Assembly (NCBI GenBank): GCA_040954595.2
Contig: CM082583.2
Span: 8,542,254 to 8,606,253 of the forward strand
DNA length: 64,000 nucleotides
Direction of reading: 5' to 3'
Source: Balanoglossus misakiensis
Lineage: Eukaryota; Animalia; Hemichordata
A program made the translations under genes and the position numbers. How positions within the stretch are numbered: the first letter of the stretch is position 1; each line of letters opens with the position of its first letter. This document shows, piece by piece, positions 57,707-64,000 of the stretch. Below the pieces are notes generated by a model. That model was given only the letters and a program-made list of their open reading frames with translations. It had not been told where the DNA came from and searched no databases.

Positions 57707-60700
57707 GTAGGATTTTATTTGTAACTAGATCTTATTCACATGGTTTTTCAGATGAGATAAATCTGGAGTTTCTGGATTTTGAAAGGAATGTTTTAGTTCA
57801 CGTGCGTTTTATGTCCCGACTCTTCGAGGTCGCTTGATGAATGCAAGATCTCGATAGCGTACTGTACGTACGCGTACACTCGCCGTGCAATTTGGCCGTG
57901 ACACTGGCCTATGATCGCCAGTTAATCGACATAGTTTGTGACAGTTAGCTGTTATACCATGTCAGCTCACGACCCGATTATTTCATCAAGTTGCTTTATT
58001 TTAAAGACACGCGTTATGACGCTATCGAGTACATGCATGCATGATGTGACCGCCTCACCCTTTTACTTCCGTGCAAAAGGAGTTACCCGACGGGGCTGTG
58101 GGCCGGCAGGTGTTTTTTTTTATAGACTGACACAAGAATTCTGAGCTAGGCGGGTATACCAAACCCAAATTGTTCCCCACAAACCGCAACCATCACTTGT
58201 CTAGCGCAATCGGCGACAGGTTGTTTATACAAGCTTCTAGAATCAGACATATTTGATCAATCGATATGGGTGGGTGGGGCTTAGAGGTTATAAGAGTGGG
58301 TTAGCTGCTGTTAAAAATAATACGTGTCATGTCAAATATGCAGAATATAAAAAAGAATAAAATACTTGAGCTTACTGCTAAGTTGTTTTTCTTCATCTGT
58401 TTGACTGTTTGTATTCCATGCTGGAAAAAATCCACATGGAATTTACCCACTTAGTAATCATATTGGAAAGAAATTGAAATGGACACGCATGTAATAGACA
58501 CACATTTTATTTTACTTTATTGGTTAGTTTTACCAAATAAACTAAAATAGTAAGGTGTGTATCACGAAAGTATACACAGAGAAATCTGAGAATTTGAGGT
58601 TATTCTGGGCAAATTTATGATAATCAAGTAGACAGTGTCAGTCTGAGGTCATGGGGTTGCATGTTGTCAATTTCAATGTCATGCAATGCAGGGTTTATCT
58701 TTGATGAAGCATTACTGCATGCCATGAGATTGTTCAGTTACAATTGATGTCTCGTTGGAGAACATTCATCAAGGTCTTCAGTTGTGTTAAGAGTAAAATG
58801 TAAATATGTCCCAATTGTCAGTTGTGTACACATCACATGCATTGATTCATGCAAATGAATTATTATGTTTGTGTGAATCACCAATTAGGGATGACAATGG
58901 GAAAGAGTGACAAATCTGTGCAGTGATGTTTGCTGAATAAATGGTGATGTGACCTACTCATTTTGAACACCACAGGCTGTCACAGTCAGATTGGTTTTGT
59001 TCGCTCTATGTAACTCATAATTCCAAGTTACTTCTGTTTTCTTTGCGTTGAAATTTGAGCTGTTCTCGCAAGGTTTATGAGACTGCTACTGTTTGACTGA
59101 GAAGGCTGCATGTTTAGAACTAATGAGCTCATGGCCTGTGCATTGTTCCAGAGGGTAATTGAAATTCATCCTATTGCACATCACTGATGCCATTAGCACA
59201 GTATTTATAAAATGCTCAGAATTTGTGATTAGGTGTTTTTCAGGTGTAGTCAGCCTTGACAACTTGGACATAAGATCTCAATTCAGACAGTCATTCTCAG
59301 GACACAGATCACAGTTCTGTAGTACTTGAGAGTTGCTGACTGACTTCATCATCATAACCCTGTGAAGAATACAACAGGTTGAGATGTATTTGTGTAATGT
59401 GATTATGAAACAGTCTAATGTTTGGATCGTTGATTTTAAAATTGTGCAATTTGATTGAGGCGCTTGAAATGCATGGTGGATAAACAAAATGGGTGAAAAA
59501 ATTGTCAGATATTATTCTAATGTATAAATTTAATGGTCAACGCCGTTAGCTGATCGGATTAAGTCATGATTGATAAGGGCCCACACAGATCAGCGATATT
59601 TGTTCCACTTGCTAACCATCATAAACAGATGACATGATTATCAGTTTGAATGGGTTAATATTTGAAACCCCGCAATGCTGAACGATAATGTCACCTGTCA
59701 AACTCGCTCAGCATTATGGGTGAGTAATGGGTCACTAAGTCAGTGGTTTGTATGCGCAACATAAAAAAGCAATTCAAGCTGAGCAGAGCAAGACGTCTCT
59801 TGATCATTCTCACTGGGATGCTATTTTGTCAATTTAATGTCACTGTTTAATTAGTAATGTCAGTCAGTCAACATTTCTGTTGATTGCCTTTGTTTTGCCT
59901 AAACTAAGCCTGGTAATTGACATCAGGGTGTAGGGAAAACAGAAGACTCTGGCTTTAATCTAAAGAACAGAAAACAAATTTTGGATACATGCAAATCTAG
60001 AGAAAATATGAAAAAAAATTGTAAGGAAATAAAACTGTGCATAGTATGATCTTGTTAAATTTTAATATCAAAAATTTATATATAACATATGCAGTTTTGT
60101 ATGAGAATGGAAGCTTGAATAAATTTTTGATATTAATTATGGAAGAGTTTTATGATCTCTAAATTATACATTAAAATGTATTGTATTGTGTCCTCTCAAT
60201 AGAGGCAGTACTGGACAGTATGATGGTATGACATATTCTTTGATATGAATACAGGAGCTCTAGTCCTGAAAGCTTCAACAACATATCAACTCTGTCAACT
60301 TTCATTTCGAACATGATCATTCTGAGAGAAAGTAGCAGCCCTTGTATCAGCTCCCAAAGCCATCATTCTTTATTGTAATTAGTAAACTTAATCAGATGGA
60401 AATTAATGGAAGTCTTTATATGGGTCACACTGGAATTAATGCTGACTAGGCAACATAACATCCGTTAGATTATCATTATATGCCGACATTATTCATCACC
60501 GATTCTGAATATTACTAGAATGTGTGCACATGCATAAAAAAGTAATTTTCTTTCCAATTAAAGAAAGGCGAGTGTTGCAGTCTCTTCATTAAGTACATAC
60601 AAATTGAAATGTTATATTTTGATTAATCAATGATGATGATGATCAGTCGCTTTGAAGCCCAAAGATCATCCATGCCTGACATTATTATTATATTATAATT

Positions 60701-61221
60701 ATAATAATTATTGTCATTGTTTATGGGAATTGCGGGTCACACTTTAGTAGGACAAGTATAGTCAAAATTTAAAGGGACAAAGTCACTCTCTTGCTGCCCT
60801 TTTTCCATTAATTATGTTTGATACAAGACACTGTTTATGTTATTCTACATGCGAATATATAGTGAATCAACGTTCAACCACAAACAACTTCCATCCCATT
60901 TGCAGGATATGAGAGTAAAAATCTCGCCAAAGTGAATAAATGGTAAAGACTGATTATTCATTTTGGCGAGTTTTTCACTCTTGTGTCTACAAGTGGGATA
61001 GAAGTTGTGTGTGATGGAATGTTGAATCACTATACATGTATACCAAATGTAGAATAAAATAACATTGTTTTGTATAAAACAAAATTTATGGAAAAAGGGT
61101 GACGAGAGAGATTATGTCCCTTTAATGGGTATTTCTTTTTTTTTTTGTCCATTTCATTCATCCATAGCAAAAATAAAAGATGTCTACATAGGATGTAGAC
61201 CAGAGAAAGATATTACCATTT

Positions 61222-61311
61222 CCAGGCTTTGAACCCACACCCCTTTGGGGTCTTGAACCCACACCCTTCAGATTGGGAGTCCGGTACCCTAACCACTAGG
61301 CCACCATACCT
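61222..61311 (-). mobile_element. Degenerate tRNA-derived SINE head / tRNA pseudogene
   Basis: Minus strand reads GGTGGCCTAGTGGTTAGGGTACCGGACTCCCAATCTGAAGGGTGTGGGTTCAAGACC: A box and B box present, acceptor stem unpaired, T-arm segment GGGTGTGGGTTCAA duplicated. Confidence 0.65.
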
Positions 61312-63023
61312 TCTTATTGAATGGTGGTACATCTGGTGGATTTTCCAAGAAGAGCAGACTGTCTTTAATAATTTGTATGTTTTCAACGTTTGGATGGGAC
61401 AGTCTGTCATATGGGTTAATTCATTTGACTGTCTCCATTTGATTGTCTTCAATTTTCCGTCGGGCCTCAGAAGGTACCGTGTTTTGCTATTTCAGTACAA
61501 TTCCAGCAGACACATCTTTCCATCAATCAAACTGACAGACCGACTTCGTGGCCGGGTCATCCCAGTAGAATTGAAAAAAAAGTGATAGTGGTTATTATTT
61601 TTGTGTGACAGTCGCGTAGCCAAGCGGAATTCAGAGCGAGATTTTGATATAGGAGAAGAAATTACAAAACAGATATGGTATGGGACTTGTCCACCGGGAC
61701 CCTGTCAACACGCACTTTCCATCAAAGTTATTACATGGCCAGAAATTGATTTTATAATCTCCTTTTGCTTGAATTATGTGCAGTTGCACACTGAAGCAGG
61801 GGCCAAGCGTATATTCCTTGCCGTGAATGTGGTGAAATGGCTGTGTGAAATATTTCACTTGTAATGTCAGGGGATTGAAAATATTCTGTGTTATTATACG
61901 ATGTAAATATCACTGAGGCTGGTCTGGACACAGGTCAGTTTCAGTTTTGAAAATCCCATTTGGGTTACATTCCAGTCCTGTATGGTATACAGGTATTTTC
62001 TTCTGCATTACAAAAGGAAGTTTGTTTTGACTTGAATTGAAAGTACCAGTAAATGTCATGCTTTCCTCAGAGTTACCTTTTTGGGAACTACTGAAAAACC
62101 GGATTTGCCGAAGTTGTAAATAGAGATGCAGCGACTGTGAAGATGAAGAGATTGCGGGATAGACCAATCTTGCTAACTATGGGTAAATCAATTACGGGAA
62201 TTTGCTGCCGCTGTCTAGTTTGGTAAATTGACAAGTTTCTGATGGAGTCTTCAGATGGTCCGTAATGTGGAGTGTGGATGTTTCCTGTAATGAGTTTTCT
62301 ATTTAACTGAACATTGCCATTAGGCGTCTGCTTGAAAGTCAGTGAAGAGTTACTGATGATGCAGAGAGAAGCTCGAAGCTAAAAAGGGTCTTGGACTGCA
62401 TGTGGAATGAGGATATTGGCTTTTCTGTGGCAGCTACAGTACAGAGATGGTGACCTGTTTAGTTCCATTCAGGGAATTTCAGCCCAGTTACCCATTTCGG
62501 ACATCATAGTGAGGTAGAAAGCCGGGATAAGCAGGTACCAGTCAGAAATCATGATATCCCGTTCTAGTTTCATAGCACATTAGCAGTGAGAACAAAATCT
62601 GATGTTAAACATGTTAATTTGTTATTCGGATTGTAGTTAGGGTTGATGAATGTTAATATTTTTTTGCGTCTTTGGAACAGTGACGGGAAAATGAAACATG
62701 TTTGCGGAATTTCTGTGCATTTCGCACATAACAGATTTTCATTGTGTGAGTCTTGATTTTGTGGTTCGTAATGAACCCTAAGTGGTTGACTCGGCATTGA
62801 GAAGGGTAACTTATCTGCCTGTAAATTAGGGCATATTTTAACTGCAGCCACAGTATCGGTGTTGCATGTCTGGCATTTTTAGCCGCGGGTGATATTCTTT
62901 GGAGACAGGGCCCTGTTAAGACGTTGAATGGCTGTAATCTTAGCTCGACGTTTTATCCAATCGAACTATCAATGTAATTTGACGTTTGTTGCGAAACAGA
63001 AATCTCGGGATGCTGCATCACTG

Positions 63024-63037
63024 GTTGCCATGGCAAC
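63024..63037. promoter_or_regulatory. Perfect palindromic RFX X-box motif
   Basis: GTTGCCATGGCAAC matches the RFX consensus; function untested. Confidence 0.35.
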
Positions 63038-64000
63038 TCATACTCTGGTGGTGGCTGAAGGCATTAGTAACATTTGTGCGCCTGCATGGTTTCAAGTCTT
63101 GGGTTACGATTCTTAATAGGCAATGAAAATTAGAATCTTACGAATGCCAGGAAAATAGTCGGAATAGTTGTTGTAGATGAACCATAGTGTGGATAGACGT
63201 GTACCTTGTGTCATCTATGCGTGCATACACACTTTGATGGATTGTGTAAGAGAAAAAGCAGGAGTTGATAAGAAGATACAAGATAAAGATTGATAAGACG
63301 TTCTCTGTTTGATGAGCATATTCCAGCGGACACACATTGATGTGGAGCTGTCACAAAATCATGAGTGATTTTGTGACATTTATTATGAAGTGCAGTGTTC
63401 AGTGCAGTCATGCAGAACAGTAGTTTCATAGAAATATGAAATAGACTTCAAAAACATCTCTGTATGAACCTGTTTTTAATGAAAAAAGATGGTCCCCAAT
63501 TGATACGGCAGTAATAAGTGTCACCGTGAAAAATATTGCATCTGTGAATTGTGCATTTACTGGGTGAAATCACTTCCTGGATACATTGCAGTATTTCTCA
63601 CGGTAACCTTGGGAATTTTAATGTTTCCTGAATATACAAAGAGAGAGAGAGAGATTATTTATAGGTTTTTATTTAGAGTACAAAAAAGGCAAATGTCACA
63701 TGCCATTACCATATCTTGTTTTCAGCATATCTGATTCACATGTGTTTGTATTTCCTTGAAAATTGCAGATTGAATTTCCTTTCATCTGGAACAGTGATAC
63801 CTTCTGTCATTCATCCTCCACTGGTCTATGATATGTCTTAAAATTAAAGTGAGAGGTATTTTAATAAAAACTTGCCTGGCGTTGGCATTTGTCACTCACT
63901 GTTGGCTTTGCCGCTGTCGTTTGTCCGTACAAGCTGTCATGGCTCTGATCTTCCCCAATTCATTACGTCCATCAGCCTTGTACAAGATGAAAAGACTCTC

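Noticed and set aside
61222-61311. Functional tRNA-Gly(CCC) gene
   Set aside because: The acceptor stem does not pair, the anticodon stem is mismatched and the T arm is duplicated; treated as a SINE or pseudogene relic.

Overview
Gene-dense, intron-rich eukaryotic DNA, most likely from an invertebrate bilaterian (inferred from protein divergence; species not determinable here). Left to right: (1) the 5' part of a CCPG1/PBXIP1-like ER-phagy receptor gene (-); (2) a ~8 kb tandem array of ~14.3 x 557-bp units, each containing a nested palindrome, inserted into an older inverted copy of the same unit; (3) an unrecognised multi-exon gene for a secreted, prohormone-like protein (-); (4) TSPAN3 (-) head-to-head with ATP5F1A (+), whose introns 2 and 7 each carry a copy of the same H/ACA-type snoRNA; (5) GBA2 (+) immediately downstream and tail-to-tail with PTPN9 (-); (6) a STRA6-family gene (-), divergent from the first exon of an unidentified gene (+). 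Several MITE/SINE remnants are also present. The most unusual signals are the duplicated H/ACA RNA, whose pockets match the 5' end of 18S rRNA and the 5' end of tRNA-Gly, the template-switch junctions of the array, the orphan precursor-like protein, and an apparent invertebrate CCPG1 with intact LIR/FIR motifs. All gene models, alignments and RNA folds were made by eye; no searches were run.
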